Both the position numbers and the translations under genes were made by a program. Of a stretch of 64,000 nucleotides of DNA, positions 39,870-49,658 are shown piece by piece (positions within the stretch are counted from its first letter, which is position 1; each line of letters opens with the position of its first letter). The DNA is from Oscillospiraceae bacterium (lineage in GTDB: Bacteria; Bacillota; Clostridia; Oscillospirales; JAGBHD01). The stretch is from contig JAGBHD010000060.1 of the NCBI GenBank assembly GCA_018110785.1, positions 11,238 through 75,237 on the forward strand, read 5' to 3'. Under the pieces are notes generated by a model, which did no database searches, was not told where the DNA came from, and saw only the letters and a list, made by a program, of their open reading frames with translations.

Positions 39870-39897
39870 AAAAAGCCCCGAAAATCGGGGCTTTTTA
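39870..39897. terminator. Bidirectional intrinsic terminator
   Basis: Stem AGCCCCG / CGGGGCT with an AAAAT loop, flanked by A and T runs, shared by convergent genes. Confidence 0.8.
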
Positions 39898-40806
39898 TTT
39901 TGCTTTGTCGCCTTGGGAAAGAGAAATTCTTTCAAACTCGCGGTTTATATAGTTTAAAACTTTTTTCTTATCGGCTGTCCACAAAGGGGCGATAAGGTCT
40001 TTTTTCGCGCCGTCGCCCGTTATGCGGTGAATAACAACGCTTTTAGGTATTCGGCGGATACACTCCCCTAAAACGCGGGTATATTCCTCCAAGGAGAAAA
40101 GAGGAACATTTCCGCTTAAATAGTCCTTTTCGAGGTCGGTCCCTTTTACTACATAGAGCATATGAAATTTAACCCCGTTTATTCCAAGGGAGCCTACGTA
40201 TTCCGCCGTTTTAAATATCTCTTCTTCGCTCTCATTTGGCAGCCCTATAATTAAATGAACTACCGTTTCTATTCCCGCTTCTTTAAGGTCTTTTACAGCC
40301 TTTTCGAATACGGGTAAAGAATAACCTCTTCTTATATAATCAGCGGTTTTTTCGTGCATCGTTTGAAGCCCTAATTCAACCGAAACGGGCTTTATTAAGG
40401 AAAGCTCTTTTAATAAGGCTATAACCTCTGAAGATAAAAGGTCGGGCCGAGTCGCTATGGAGAGCATTACGATTTCGGGATTATTTATAGCTTCGGTAAA
40501 AATCTTTCTAAGGTAATTTACGGGCGCATAGGTGTTCGAAAACGATTGAAAATATGCAATAAATTTTCCACTTTTTGCTTTATTTTTTACTAATTTTTTA
40601 GCAGTTTTTATCTGCTCGGAAATGCTCATTTCCGAGTCGGCGCAAAATTCACCCGAGCCGCTCTCTGAGCAAAATATACAGCCTCTATCTCCAATAGTTC
40701 CATCGCGATTGGGGCAGGTCATACCGCCCGAAAGCGAAAGCTTATAAACCTTTTCTCCAAAGCGCTCCTTTAAATGCTCGGAGAGCGAATAATAATGCTT
40801 TTCCAT
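39895..40806 (-). CDS. TIGR01212-family radical SAM protein (YhcC-like)
   Basis: 303 aa with CPNRDGTIGDRGCIFC near the N-terminus. Its start is coupled to the DAHP synthase stop (TAATG). Confidence 0.8.
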   Translation of the reverse strand: MEKHYYSLSEHLKERFGEKVYKLSLSGGMTCPNRDGTIGDRGCIFCSESGSGEFCADSEMSISEQIKTAKKLVKNKAKSGKFIAYFQSFSNTYAPVNYLRKIFTEAINNPEIVMLSIATRPDLLSSEVIALLKELSLIKPVSVELGLQTMHEKTADYIRRGYSLPVFEKAVKDLKEAGIETVVHLIIGLPNESEEEIFKTAEYVGSLGINGVKFHMLYVVKGTDLEKDYLSGNVPLFSLEEYTRVLGECIRRIPKSVVIHRITGDGAKKDLIAPLWTADKKKVLNYINREFERISLSQGDKAK

Positions 40807-41837
40807 TATTTTACGCTGTCAGCAATTTTGAAAATAAGGTTTTCGGTTTTCTCCCAGCCAAGGCAGGGGTCGGTTATCGACTGACCGTAAAGATGGTTTT
40901 CTGCTTTACCCGCGCCGTCTTCAATATAGCTTTCTATCATAAGGCCTTTAACAAAGGGGCGAAGAGAGCTATTCTGATTGCGGCTGTTCATTATATCCTC
41001 AGCAATTCTTATCTGCTCTAAATAGCGTTTGCCCGAGTTTGCATGGTTAGTATCAACGATTACGGCAGGATTTACAAGTCCGCTTTTATTATAGCGCTCT
41101 AAAAGGTCAACCAAGTTTTCATAATGATAGTTTGAAACATTATGGCCTGCGCTATCGGTAAAGCCGCGCAAAATTGCATGGGCTAAGGGGTTACCCTCGC
41201 TTTCAACCTCCCAGCCGCGGTAAATAAACATATGCTTATGCTGAGCGGCGGTAACGGAATTCATTAAAACACTGATATCTCCGCCCGTAGGGTTTTTAAG
41301 CCCTACCGGTATTTTAAGTCCGCTTGCGGTTAATCTATGCTGTTGATTTTCTGCCGAACGCGCTCCTACTGCAACATAGGATAAAAGGTCGGACAGATAA
41401 CGGTGGTTTTCGGTATAGAGCATTTCATCAGCAGAAGAAAGTCCGAAATCTCTGAGGGCTGTCATATGGAGCTCTCTTATTGCAACAATACCCTTTAACA
41501 TATCGGGGTTTTCATTGGGATCGGGCTGATGAAGCATTCCCTTATAGCCATCGCCTGTTGTTCTCGGCTTATTGGTATAGATTCTGGGAATAATTATAAT
41601 CTTATCCGAAACCTTTTCCTCTACCCTTTTAAGTCTGCCTATGTAATCGAGAACAGATTCTTTGTTATCGGCAGAGCAAGGACCTATAACGAGGATAAAT
41701 TTATCGGATTTTCCCTCAAAAACATCTCTTATTTCCTTATCTCTTAATGATTTTACCCTTTCCATTTCGGCTGTTAAGGGATATGCTTCCTTTATATCCT
41801 TAGGAATAGGAAGCTTTCTAATAAAATTCATATTCAT
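40806..41837 (-). CDS. aroF: 3-deoxy-7-phosphoheptulonate (DAHP) synthase, class I
   Basis: 343 aa with LVIGPCSADN and a KPRT-like motif of type I-alpha DAHP synthases. Confidence 0.85.
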   Translation of the reverse strand: MNMNFIRKLPIPKDIKEAYPLTAEMERVKSLRDKEIRDVFEGKSDKFILVIGPCSADNKESVLDYIGRLKRVEEKVSDKIIIIPRIYTNKPRTTGDGYKGMLHQPDPNENPDMLKGIVAIRELHMTALRDFGLSSADEMLYTENHRYLSDLLSYVAVGARSAENQQHRLTASGLKIPVGLKNPTGGDISVLMNSVTAAQHKHMFIYRGWEVESEGNPLAHAILRGFTDSAGHNVSNYHYENLVDLLERYNKSGLVNPAVIVDTNHANSGKRYLEQIRIAEDIMNSRNQNSSLRPFVKGLMIESYIEDGAGKAENHLYGQSITDPCLGWEKTENLIFKIADSVK

Positions 41838-41852
41838 AATATATTATCTCCT

Positions 41853-42713
41853 TTATATCTTATTATCGAACAGTTCCCGACGCTTTGTCGAAAGCCGCAT
41901 CATTTCTTTAATTGTTTCAGCATCTTCTTCTTTGATGGCTTTATATATTTTATCAAAGCTTTCCTTAAAAGACTCCATTTCTTCTATTAAAGCCTCTCGG
42001 TTTAATAGGAACAATTCGCTCCACATATTCTCATTTATTCTTGCTATTCGGGTTAAATCTCTGAAAGAGTCTCCCGTATATTTTACTAAATCTTCATTTT
42101 CATTTGCGCACATTAAAGATACCGCGATACAATGAGTTAGCTGAGAAAGAAAGGCTATCATCTTATCGTGTTCCTCAACTGATAGAGTGGATATTCTTTT
42201 AAAGCCGAGGGTTTCGCCTAAATTGCGGCAGATTGTTATAGCATATTTGGTATTTTTCTCGGTAGGAACTATTATATAGTTTGCATTTTCGAAAATACTG
42301 CTATCGCTGTTTTCAACCCCGCTTTTCTCTTTACCTGCCATAGGGTGAGCCGCGATAAACTCAGCTCTTTCGCCGATTATATCCTGCACCCTTTTAACTA
42401 TAGAGCTTTTAACGCCCGTTACATCGGTTAAGACAGCCCCTTCCTTTATTTTATCCTTATGCTTTTCTATCCAATCTATAAAGATATGAGGATAAAGCGC
42501 GAAAACAATTATATCTGCCTTTCCTACAATATCTTCGTTTACCTCGGTTGTTCCCTCGTCGATAATTTCGCTTCTTAAAGCAAAATCAATATCTTCCTTT
42601 TCCTTTGTTATAGCAGAAACCCTATAACCCTTATTTTTAAGCGCCATAGCATAGCTTCCGCCGATAAGTCCGAGTCCGACTATCAATATTCTTTTATTTT
42701 TATTAAGCTCCAT
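41853..42713 (-). CDS. tyrA: Prephenate dehydrogenase
   Basis: 286 aa with the NAD motif IVGLGLIGGSYA and the AAHPMAG motif. Confidence 0.85.
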   Translation of the reverse strand: MELNKNKRILIVGLGLIGGSYAMALKNKGYRVSAITKEKEDIDFALRSEIIDEGTTEVNEDIVGKADIIVFALYPHIFIDWIEKHKDKIKEGAVLTDVTGVKSSIVKRVQDIIGERAEFIAAHPMAGKEKSGVENSDSSIFENANYIIVPTEKNTKYAITICRNLGETLGFKRISTLSVEEHDKMIAFLSQLTHCIAVSLMCANENEDLVKYTGDSFRDLTRIARINENMWSELFLLNREALIEEMESFKESFDKIYKAIKEEDAETIKEMMRLSTKRRELFDNKI

Positions 42714-42716
42714 CTT

Positions 42717-43922
42717 TTACAGTCCCTTTTCTTCGATGCTGACTGAAAGCATCTTCAATTTTTCAAAGAAATCGGGATAGCTTTTCGCTATCGCTTCAGC
42801 GCCGCGGATTTCTCCCCCCGTTATGGTAGAAAGGGCGGTCATCGCCATAACTATTCTATGGTCGTTATGTCCGTAAAGCGGCTGAGTTGGCGCTTTAAGA
42901 GTTCCTTTTTCTACTATTACGCTGTTTTCTTCTTCTATTAAATTTATACCGAATTTTTTAAGCTCTTCCCGCATAGTTGCTATGCGGTCGCTCTCTTTTA
43001 TTTTAAGCCTTTTTGTTCCGACGAATTTCCCGCCGCCGAAAACTGCCGCCGCCGCGAATAAAACGGGGGCTAAATCGGGGCAATCGGAAAGGTCTAAAGG
43101 CTCATTTTTGTTTTCCTTAAGTTTTCTTAAATATTCCTTGCAAACGCTATCTCCCTGAGAGCTGTTTTCCTTTAAGCCCTTAACATCTACCTCTCCGCCT
43201 ATTTCATTTAAAAGGAAATATACTGCCGCATTGGAATAGTCGCCCTCAACTACAAACTCGCGGTTTTGGAATTTTCCGCTTTTTACAGAAAAAACACCAT
43301 CGCTATAATCGGTTTCAATTCCGAACTCTCTTAATATCTCTCTTGTTAAATCTATATAGGGGCTGCTTTCAAGGGCAGTTGTTAGCTCTATTTCGCTGTT
43401 TCCTTTCGTATTCGGAAGGGAAAACAAAAGTCCGCTTATAAACTGGCTCGAAACATCGCCGCGAAGACGATAATTCCCGCTTTTTATAGGTCCTTTTAAA
43501 ACTATATTGTTTTCGTTTTGTTTAAAGGTTACGGGCATTTTTTCAAAAAGCTCTTTAAATACATCTTGCGGACGCTTTAAAAGCCTTCCCTCGCCCGTAA
43601 GGGTTATTTTTTTATCAAAAAGCATAGCTATTGGGATTATAAAACGAAGGGTACTTCCGCTTTCAGAGCAGTTAATTTCGGCGCTCCTTATATCATTTTT
43701 TAAAAGTCCGCCTATAATAACCTCTTCGCCCTTTTCTTCTATTTCAGCGCCCAAGGCTCTAAGCGCCCTTAGGGTTGCCTTAATATCCTCTGAATAGGCT
43801 ATGTTTTTTATAACGCTTTTTTCTGATAACGCGCCGCAGATTAAGGCTCTATGCGCCGCAGATTTTGAGGGCGGAGCCGAAATAATGCCTTTCGCCTTTG
43901 AGGGTTTTATAACAACTGTCAT
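42717..43922 (-). CDS. aroA: 3-phosphoshikimate 1-carboxyvinyltransferase (EPSP synthase)
   Basis: 401 aa with PPSKSAAHRALI and the LKIKESDR motif. Confidence 0.92.
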   Translation of the reverse strand: MTVVIKPSKAKGIISAPPSKSAAHRALICGALSEKSVIKNIAYSEDIKATLRALRALGAEIEEKGEEVIIGGLLKNDIRSAEINCSESGSTLRFIIPIAMLFDKKITLTGEGRLLKRPQDVFKELFEKMPVTFKQNENNIVLKGPIKSGNYRLRGDVSSQFISGLLFSLPNTKGNSEIELTTALESSPYIDLTREILREFGIETDYSDGVFSVKSGKFQNREFVVEGDYSNAAVYFLLNEIGGEVDVKGLKENSSQGDSVCKEYLRKLKENKNEPLDLSDCPDLAPVLFAAAAVFGGGKFVGTKRLKIKESDRIATMREELKKFGINLIEEENSVIVEKGTLKAPTQPLYGHNDHRIVMAMTALSTITGGEIRGAEAIAKSYPDFFEKLKMLSVSIEEKGL

Positions 43923-44353
43923 ACATTCTCCTCACCGCACAAAAAGTCGATAGCTTCGGTATATCCCTTTGTTCCGTGGCCCGTTATGGTTTTAGCGCAG
44001 TAATCTCTTATATAGCTTACCTGTCTGAAATCTTCCCTCTCGGAAACCTCGGAGATATGCACCTCTACGGTTTTTATATTTACAGCCTTTAAGGCATCTA
44101 AGATAGCAACGCTTGTATGGGTATAGGCTCCCGGATTTATAACTATACCGTCTGCCTTTTTTAGAAGGCTTTGGATATAATCGACCAAGGCTCCCTCATG
44201 GTTTGACTGAAAGGTAAGTATTTTTATGCCTTTAGCTTTTCCGTATTTTTTAATTTCACGGCATAAATCCTTATAGCCTTTATTTCCGTATATTTCGGGC
44301 TCTCTTACCCCTAAAAGATTGAGATTAGGTCCGTTTATAACTGCTATTGTCAT
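43919..44353 (-). CDS. aroQ: Type II 3-dehydroquinate dehydratase
   Basis: 144 aa with INGPNLNLLGVREPEIYG and QSNHEG. Confidence 0.92.
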   Translation of the reverse strand: MTIAVINGPNLNLLGVREPEIYGNKGYKDLCREIKKYGKAKGIKILTFQSNHEGALVDYIQSLLKKADGIVINPGAYTHTSVAILDALKAVNIKTVEVHISEVSEREDFRQVSYIRDYCAKTITGHGTKGYTEAIDFLCGEENV

Positions 44354-45117
44354 AGCGATTTTTCCTCTTTACTTTTTAAAATTATATTATATATCCGCTC
44401 GGTTTCATCTTGGGATATTTTTTTATCTAAAAACTTTTCTGCCGCCGCAACTGCCTGAACTACAAGCATATAAAGCCCACCCTCGGCGGGGAGACCTCTT
44501 TTTAAAGCCTTTTTAACAGATACTGTTTTCAAAGGATTATAAACCGCATCTACCATTCCTTTAAGGTCTTTTAAAAGGTTTATATCCATGCTTTCGGATA
44601 AAACATTGGGATACATCCCGCAGGGGGTTGTATTTATAAAAAAGTCTGCCCCCATATTTTCTGCCTGCTTATATGTAATACAGCCCTCTTTTTCGCTTCT
44701 CGAAAGGCGGTAAACCGAAGCCGCGCCAAGACTTTTCGCTACGGCGGCGGCGGTTTTAGAGGTGCCTCCGCTTCCTGCAATTAAAACCCTTTTGCCATTT
44801 AATGAAACACCCGTTCTTTTTATAAGGGCTTTCATTCCGACAAAGTCGGTATTATAGCCGCAAAGCTTGCCATCGCGGTTACAGATAGTATTAACAGCAC
44901 CGATTTCCAAGGCTTTATCGTCTATCTCATCGAGATATTTCATAACAACCTGCTTATAAGGAATTGTTACATTTATTCCCTTGAAATCTCTTTTCTTTAA
45001 AAAAGGCTCTACTTCTTCGGGCTTTAGCTCTTTCAATTCATAATTATAGCCCAAAAGGGGGTGGATTTCGGCAGAATAGCTATGTCCTAGCTTTTCGCCT
45101 ATTAAGCCATATTCCAT
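44350..45117 (-). CDS. aroE: Shikimate dehydrogenase
   Basis: 255 aa with GHSYS, NVTIPYK, NTDFVG and GSGGTSK. Confidence 0.85.
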   Translation of the reverse strand: MEYGLIGEKLGHSYSAEIHPLLGYNYELKELKPEEVEPFLKKRDFKGINVTIPYKQVVMKYLDEIDDKALEIGAVNTICNRDGKLCGYNTDFVGMKALIKRTGVSLNGKRVLIAGSGGTSKTAAAVAKSLGAASVYRLSRSEKEGCITYKQAENMGADFFINTTPCGMYPNVLSESMDINLLKDLKGMVDAVYNPLKTVSVKKALKRGLPAEGGLYMLVVQAVAAAEKFLDKKISQDETERIYNIILKSKEEKSL

Positions 45118-46199
45118 TAGATTTCTCCCGCTTTCCGCCTTAAAATAAGGTCGTAAACTGCGATTGCAGATGCCGCATCTATAACCGCTCTTGCTCTATG
45201 AACTATGCAAGGATCGTGTCTGCCGACAAAAGCGTGGGTTATGTCTTTCCCGCTTTTAATGTCAACTGTTTTTTGCTCTTTTCCGATAGTAGGCGTAGGC
45301 TTTAGAGCACAGCGGAAGATTACGGGCATACCGTTTGTTATTCCGCCTAAAATGCCGCCCATATGGTTAGTTTCGGTTGAAACTGTACCATCTTTATAGG
45401 TAAAAGCATCGTTTACCTCGCTGCCCTTTTTATTTGCTAATTCGAAGCCATCTCCGAATTCAACACCTTTAACGGCGGGAACGGAAAACAGGATATGAGA
45501 AAGACAGCTTTCTACTGTATCAAACCAAGGCTCTCCGAGTCCTACGGGAAGACCTGTTATCGCGGTTTCCAAAACTCCGCCGACACTATCGCTTTCCTCT
45601 CTTGCTTTGAGTATAGCCTTTGTCATTTCCTCGCCCATTTTCTCATCTAAAACGGGGAAAAGCATACTATTTAACAAATCTATATCCTTATTATATTCGG
45701 AGAATTCGCGGTCGCATATTCCATAGATGCTTTTAATATGGGTACCTATTTTAATGCCCTTTTCTTCGAGCGCTCCCGATATAACGGCGCCTGCCGCAAC
45801 TAAAGCCGCGGTTATTCTTCCGCTGAAATGTCCGCCGCCGCGATAGTCTTCATTTCCGCCGTATTTAATAAATGCGGTATAATCGGCATGAGATGGGCGG
45901 GGGATATATCTTGCCGCGCTGTAATCCTTTGAACGGGTATCCTTATTGGGAATTAAAATCGTTATCGGGGAGCCTGTCGCTTTGCCTTCGAAAACACCGC
46001 TTACTATTCTGAATTCGTCGGCTTCGCTTCGCGGAGTTGAAATATTTCCGCTCGGACGGCGAAGAGAAAGCTTCTCCTTTATTCTTTCCTCGCTTATTTT
46101 TGTTCCCGCTACAAGGCCATCTATAACGATGCCGATTTCAGGACCGTGGCTTTCACCGAAAAGGGTTACCTTTAAGGCATTTCCGTAAGAATTGCTCAT
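45117..46199 (-). CDS. aroC: Chorismate synthase
   Basis: 360 aa with FGESHG and RPSHADY signatures. Confidence 0.95.
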   Translation of the reverse strand: MSNSYGNALKVTLFGESHGPEIGIVIDGLVAGTKISEERIKEKLSLRRPSGNISTPRSEADEFRIVSGVFEGKATGSPITILIPNKDTRSKDYSAARYIPRPSHADYTAFIKYGGNEDYRGGGHFSGRITAALVAAGAVISGALEEKGIKIGTHIKSIYGICDREFSEYNKDIDLLNSMLFPVLDEKMGEEMTKAILKAREESDSVGGVLETAITGLPVGLGEPWFDTVESCLSHILFSVPAVKGVEFGDGFELANKKGSEVNDAFTYKDGTVSTETNHMGGILGGITNGMPVIFRCALKPTPTIGKEQKTVDIKSGKDITHAFVGRHDPCIVHRARAVIDAASAIAVYDLILRRKAGEI

Positions 46200-47206
46200 T
46201 TTGCCGCCTCCTTGATTTTAGAAATAATTTCCTTTGCTGTCATTTCTTTCATAGCCCATTTGCCGATTTTAGGCACGGTTACTATGCTTATTTTCTTGCC
46301 CGATTTTTTCTTATCATGCTCTATTGCTTGCCTTAAAGCTTCGGGAGATTCGCTAATTTCTGTCGGCAAGGATAGCTTTTTCAAAGCAGAGATAAGCCTA
46401 TCTTTTAAATCATCGCTTATGAAGACCGTCATTCCTAAAGCTACGCATTCTCCATGGAAAAGCTCGGGGTTTGCCATTTCAACAGCATGACCTACGGTAT
46501 GTCCGAAATTTAAGATCTTGCGAAGGCCTTTTTCCTTTTCATCCTTTTCTACTACCCTTTTTTTAACCGAAAGGGAGCGGAAAATAACCTCTTCTATCTG
46601 CTGAAAAGGGTTTTTATTTTCAAAAATATCGAAAAGCTTTTTATCGCTTGTAAGCCCCATTTTTAAAGCCTCTGCCATTCCGTTTGATATCTGACGGGGG
46701 TCTAAGGTTTTTAATGTATCAGGGTCGATTACAACCGCATTCGGAGCCTTAAAGGCGCCAATGATATTTTTATATCCTCCGAAGTCAACGGCGGTTTTTC
46801 CGCCGATAGAGGAATCTACCTGAGATAAAAGGGTTGTCGGGATATTATAGAAATCTATTCCGCGCATATACGAGGCGGCGGCAAAGCCCGCGATATCTCC
46901 TACTACCCCTCCGCCTACGGCTACTACCGCATCAGCGCGGGAAAAGCTGTTTTCGGTTAATGCCGATAAAATTTGCTCGAAGGTTTTCATCGTTTTGGAT
47001 TTTTCCCCTTGGGGAAACTCTACTATATATCCCTCTGAAGCCGCCTTTAAAACCGCTTCGGAATACTCTTTCGGAACGCCGCTGTCGGTAACGACCATTA
47101 CTCTGCGGTTTAAATTAAGAAGCCGTCCGACATCTGAAAGAGCGCCTCTATAGAGATATATGTTATATGCGCCGTCATGAGTTTTAACGGGTATTATTCT
47201 TTTCAT
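46196..47206 (-). CDS. aroB: 3-dehydroquinate synthase
   Basis: 336 aa with GGGVVGDIAGFAA and NFGHTVGHA. Confidence 0.9.
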   Translation of the reverse strand: MKRIIPVKTHDGAYNIYLYRGALSDVGRLLNLNRRVMVVTDSGVPKEYSEAVLKAASEGYIVEFPQGEKSKTMKTFEQILSALTENSFSRADAVVAVGGGVVGDIAGFAAASYMRGIDFYNIPTTLLSQVDSSIGGKTAVDFGGYKNIIGAFKAPNAVVIDPDTLKTLDPRQISNGMAEALKMGLTSDKKLFDIFENKNPFQQIEEVIFRSLSVKKRVVEKDEKEKGLRKILNFGHTVGHAVEMANPELFHGECVALGMTVFISDDLKDRLISALKKLSLPTEISESPEALRQAIEHDKKKSGKKISIVTVPKIGKWAMKEMTAKEIISKIKEAAK

Positions 47207-48291
47207 AAAGAAACTTCCTTTTCAAAACTTCCTAAAACCTTAAGCTCGTTGCAGAATTTTTTAAGGTCCTTTAACATTTCCTCGCCCTCGGGAGAATGGA
47301 TAGCGCCTTCTCCTTCGGCATAGAAATAATAGCTCCAGACAAGCTCCTTTGTAGGTCGGCTTTTTAAGGCTCTGAGGTTAAATCCGTGCTCACCTATAAC
47401 CGATACTGCTTTACCTAAAGCTCCCGCTTCGTTTTTAACGGTAAAGGTCATAACAAACTGCTTATCTGCTTTAGATTTTGATTTTTCAGTTCTCGCGAAA
47501 ACTGCAAAACGGGTAGTATTTGTATTGCTTCCGTTTATATGAGCCTCTAATTTTTTAAGCCCATACTTTTCGGCAGCTTCATCGCTTCCTATAGCGGCAG
47601 TATCGTGCCGTCCTAAAGCGGCAACCTCTTTAGCTGCAACAGCGGTATTAACTGCTTCGACCGTTTCAAACCCGTGCTTTCTAATATATTCGGCGCATTG
47701 GCCGAGCGCCTGAGGATGGCTTATTACCCTTTTAACCTCGTCCATCGTTGTTCCTTTAACTGCAAGGAGATTCTGAACAACTCCGACATCATAAATTCCG
47801 TTGATATGTAAAGAGCCGAAAAAGGCTAAATCCATAACCAAACCGACATCGCCGTTTGAACTGTTTTCAACAGGCAATACGGCGCAATCGCATTCGCCTT
47901 TTTCTACCGCTTCATAGGCTGCGCGGAAATCGGAATAGCCCTTGAAAGAGGCTGTTGGGAAAATCTTTTTAGAAACGATATGGGCAAAGGCGCCCTCAAC
48001 ACCGCTGTAGGCTACCGTCATTCCGTTTAAAATGCGGTTTTGCATAGCCTTGGAAAGCTCCATATTGCTTTTTAGAAAGTTTACATAATAGGGGCGGTAA
48101 TCATCGTTTTTAACCCTTTTCGAATTCTTTTCGATTATGAGGTTTTCTCTGCCTGCGTCGAAAACGGGAAGACCGCACTCCTTTTTATATGCCGCAACCT
48201 CTTTGACCGCGTCCATCCTTTTCTCGAAAAGCTCCGCCATTTCGGAATCTATTTCGTCTATCGCTTTTCTTGCCTTTTCTAAACTGTTCAT
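47203..48291 (-). CDS. pheA: Bifunctional chorismate mutase / prephenate dehydratase
   Basis: 362 aa with an N-terminal CM_2 helix bundle, a PDT domain (TRF motif) and a C-terminal ACT domain. Confidence 0.88.
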   Translation of the reverse strand: MNSLEKARKAIDEIDSEMAELFEKRMDAVKEVAAYKKECGLPVFDAGRENLIIEKNSKRVKNDDYRPYYVNFLKSNMELSKAMQNRILNGMTVAYSGVEGAFAHIVSKKIFPTASFKGYSDFRAAYEAVEKGECDCAVLPVENSSNGDVGLVMDLAFFGSLHINGIYDVGVVQNLLAVKGTTMDEVKRVISHPQALGQCAEYIRKHGFETVEAVNTAVAAKEVAALGRHDTAAIGSDEAAEKYGLKKLEAHINGSNTNTTRFAVFARTEKSKSKADKQFVMTFTVKNEAGALGKAVSVIGEHGFNLRALKSRPTKELVWSYYFYAEGEGAIHSPEGEEMLKDLKKFCNELKVLGSFEKEVSL

Positions 48292-48293
48292 TA

Positions 48294-49457
48294 TTATTCT
48301 CCCTTAAAGGCCTTTTCAAAATGAGGAATTGACCTTTTAATCATATCTTTATCAACGCAATATGAAATGCGTATATACCCTGAAACTCCGAAATCATCGC
48401 TCGGAACTAATAAAAGCTCTTCCTTTTTAGCCTTTTCGCAAAAGGCTTTTGCATCGCCGCCTAGCGCTTCTACGAAGAGATAAAAGGCGCCGTCGGGGCT
48501 TATGCATTTATATCCGATTTTTTGAAGCGCATTATATAAAATATCTCTGTTTTCTCTGTAGGCATTTATATCCGAGGTAAGACCTAAATTTTTAGCTACC
48601 GCCTTTTGCAAAATGCTCGGCGCGCAAACATAGCCTAATGCTCTGCCCGCACCGCAAACTGCGGCAAAAAGGTCGGGCGCGCCATCACAATCAGGAGATA
48701 CCGCAATATATCCTATTCTCTCGCCCGGTATGGAGAGAGATTTGCTGAATGAATAGCAAACAACTGTATTTTTATAATATTTCGGAATATAAGGAACCGA
48801 ATCATTTCCGTAATAAAGCTCTCTATATGGCTCGTCGGCAATAATAAAGGTTTTTGTTCCTTTTAAGATATCTGAAAGCTTTTTTATGTCCTTTTCGGGG
48901 TAAACCGCCCCTGTAGGGTTATTTGGCGAATTTATGATTACCGCTTTTGTTTTTTCGTTTAAAGCCGCCTTTAACCCATCAAAATCTATCTGCATTGTAT
49001 CTTTATGGCATTTAACCTCTCTTACCTTAAAGCCCGCTTTTTCTGAGAAAACCTTATATTCGGGAAAATAGGGAGCTAAGAGGATTATTTCATCGCCCTC
49101 AGTGTATAAGGCGTTTAAGGTTATTGTTAAAGCCGCCGCCGCGCCACAAGTCATATAGATTAAATTTTTAGGGATAGCGAAGCTATGAGTTTTTTCGATA
49201 TATTCAGAAACCATCTCTCTTACCCCGTCATCTCCCGCGGCAGAGGTATATCCGTGAAGCGAAACCGAGCTTTCATTTTTCAAAAGCTCTATCATTGTTT
49301 CATCGAATTTTTTCGGAGCGGGAATGCTTGGATTTCCCAAGCTGAAATCGAAAACATTCTGAGCTCCTATTTCAGCTTTTCTTTTTCTGCCGTATTCAAA
49401 AATTTCTCTGATAACCGAGCTTTTCTTGCCAAGTTCCATCATTCTTTCAGAAAACAT
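48294..49457 (-). CDS. Class I aminotransferase (probable aromatic/aspartate aminotransferase), first gene of the aro operon
   Basis: 387 aa with NNPTG and SFSKSLSIPGERIGY (PLP Lys). Confidence 0.85.
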   Translation of the reverse strand: MFSERMMELGKKSSVIREIFEYGRKRKAEIGAQNVFDFSLGNPSIPAPKKFDETMIELLKNESSVSLHGYTSAAGDDGVREMVSEYIEKTHSFAIPKNLIYMTCGAAAALTITLNALYTEGDEIILLAPYFPEYKVFSEKAGFKVREVKCHKDTMQIDFDGLKAALNEKTKAVIINSPNNPTGAVYPEKDIKKLSDILKGTKTFIIADEPYRELYYGNDSVPYIPKYYKNTVVCYSFSKSLSIPGERIGYIAVSPDCDGAPDLFAAVCGAGRALGYVCAPSILQKAVAKNLGLTSDINAYRENRDILYNALQKIGYKCISPDGAFYLFVEALGGDAKAFCEKAKKEELLLVPSDDFGVSGYIRISYCVDKDMIKRSIPHFEKAFKGE

Positions 49458-49474
49458 ATTCTTTCCTTTCTATT

Positions 49475-49510
49475 AAAAAAACCCGCTATCAGTTTTAAAC
49501 CGAAAGCGAG
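49475..49510 (-). terminator. Leader (attenuator) terminator upstream of the aro operon
   Basis: Stem CUCGCUUUCGG / CUGAUAGCGGG (11 bp, with 1 mismatch and 2 G-U pairs) plus U7. It ends 17 nt before the aminotransferase ATG. Confidence 0.65.
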
Positions 49511-49540
49511 CTTCTGAATACTTTTTTCAAAACACGCGAA

Positions 49541-49624
49541 TTAGACCGCGGCTGTTTTACAGGTAAACAGACAGTTCGCTTTTTCGGTATAGTAATAAAA
49601 TCGATACGCGGTATTTAAAAGCAT
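49541..49624 (-). CDS. Candidate 27-aa leader peptide MLLNTAYRFYYYTEKANCLFTCKTAAV (Tyr/Phe-rich)
   Basis: ATG at 49624 with AGAAAGGTGAG 5 nt upstream. Codons 7-12 read Tyr-Arg-Phe-Tyr-Tyr-Tyr. It lies between the promoter and the leader terminator. Confidence 0.45.
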   Translation of the reverse strand: MLLNTAYRFYYYTEKANCLFTCKTAAV

Positions 49625-49658
49625 TCTGCTCACCTTTCTTTTAAAATAATACAAAATA

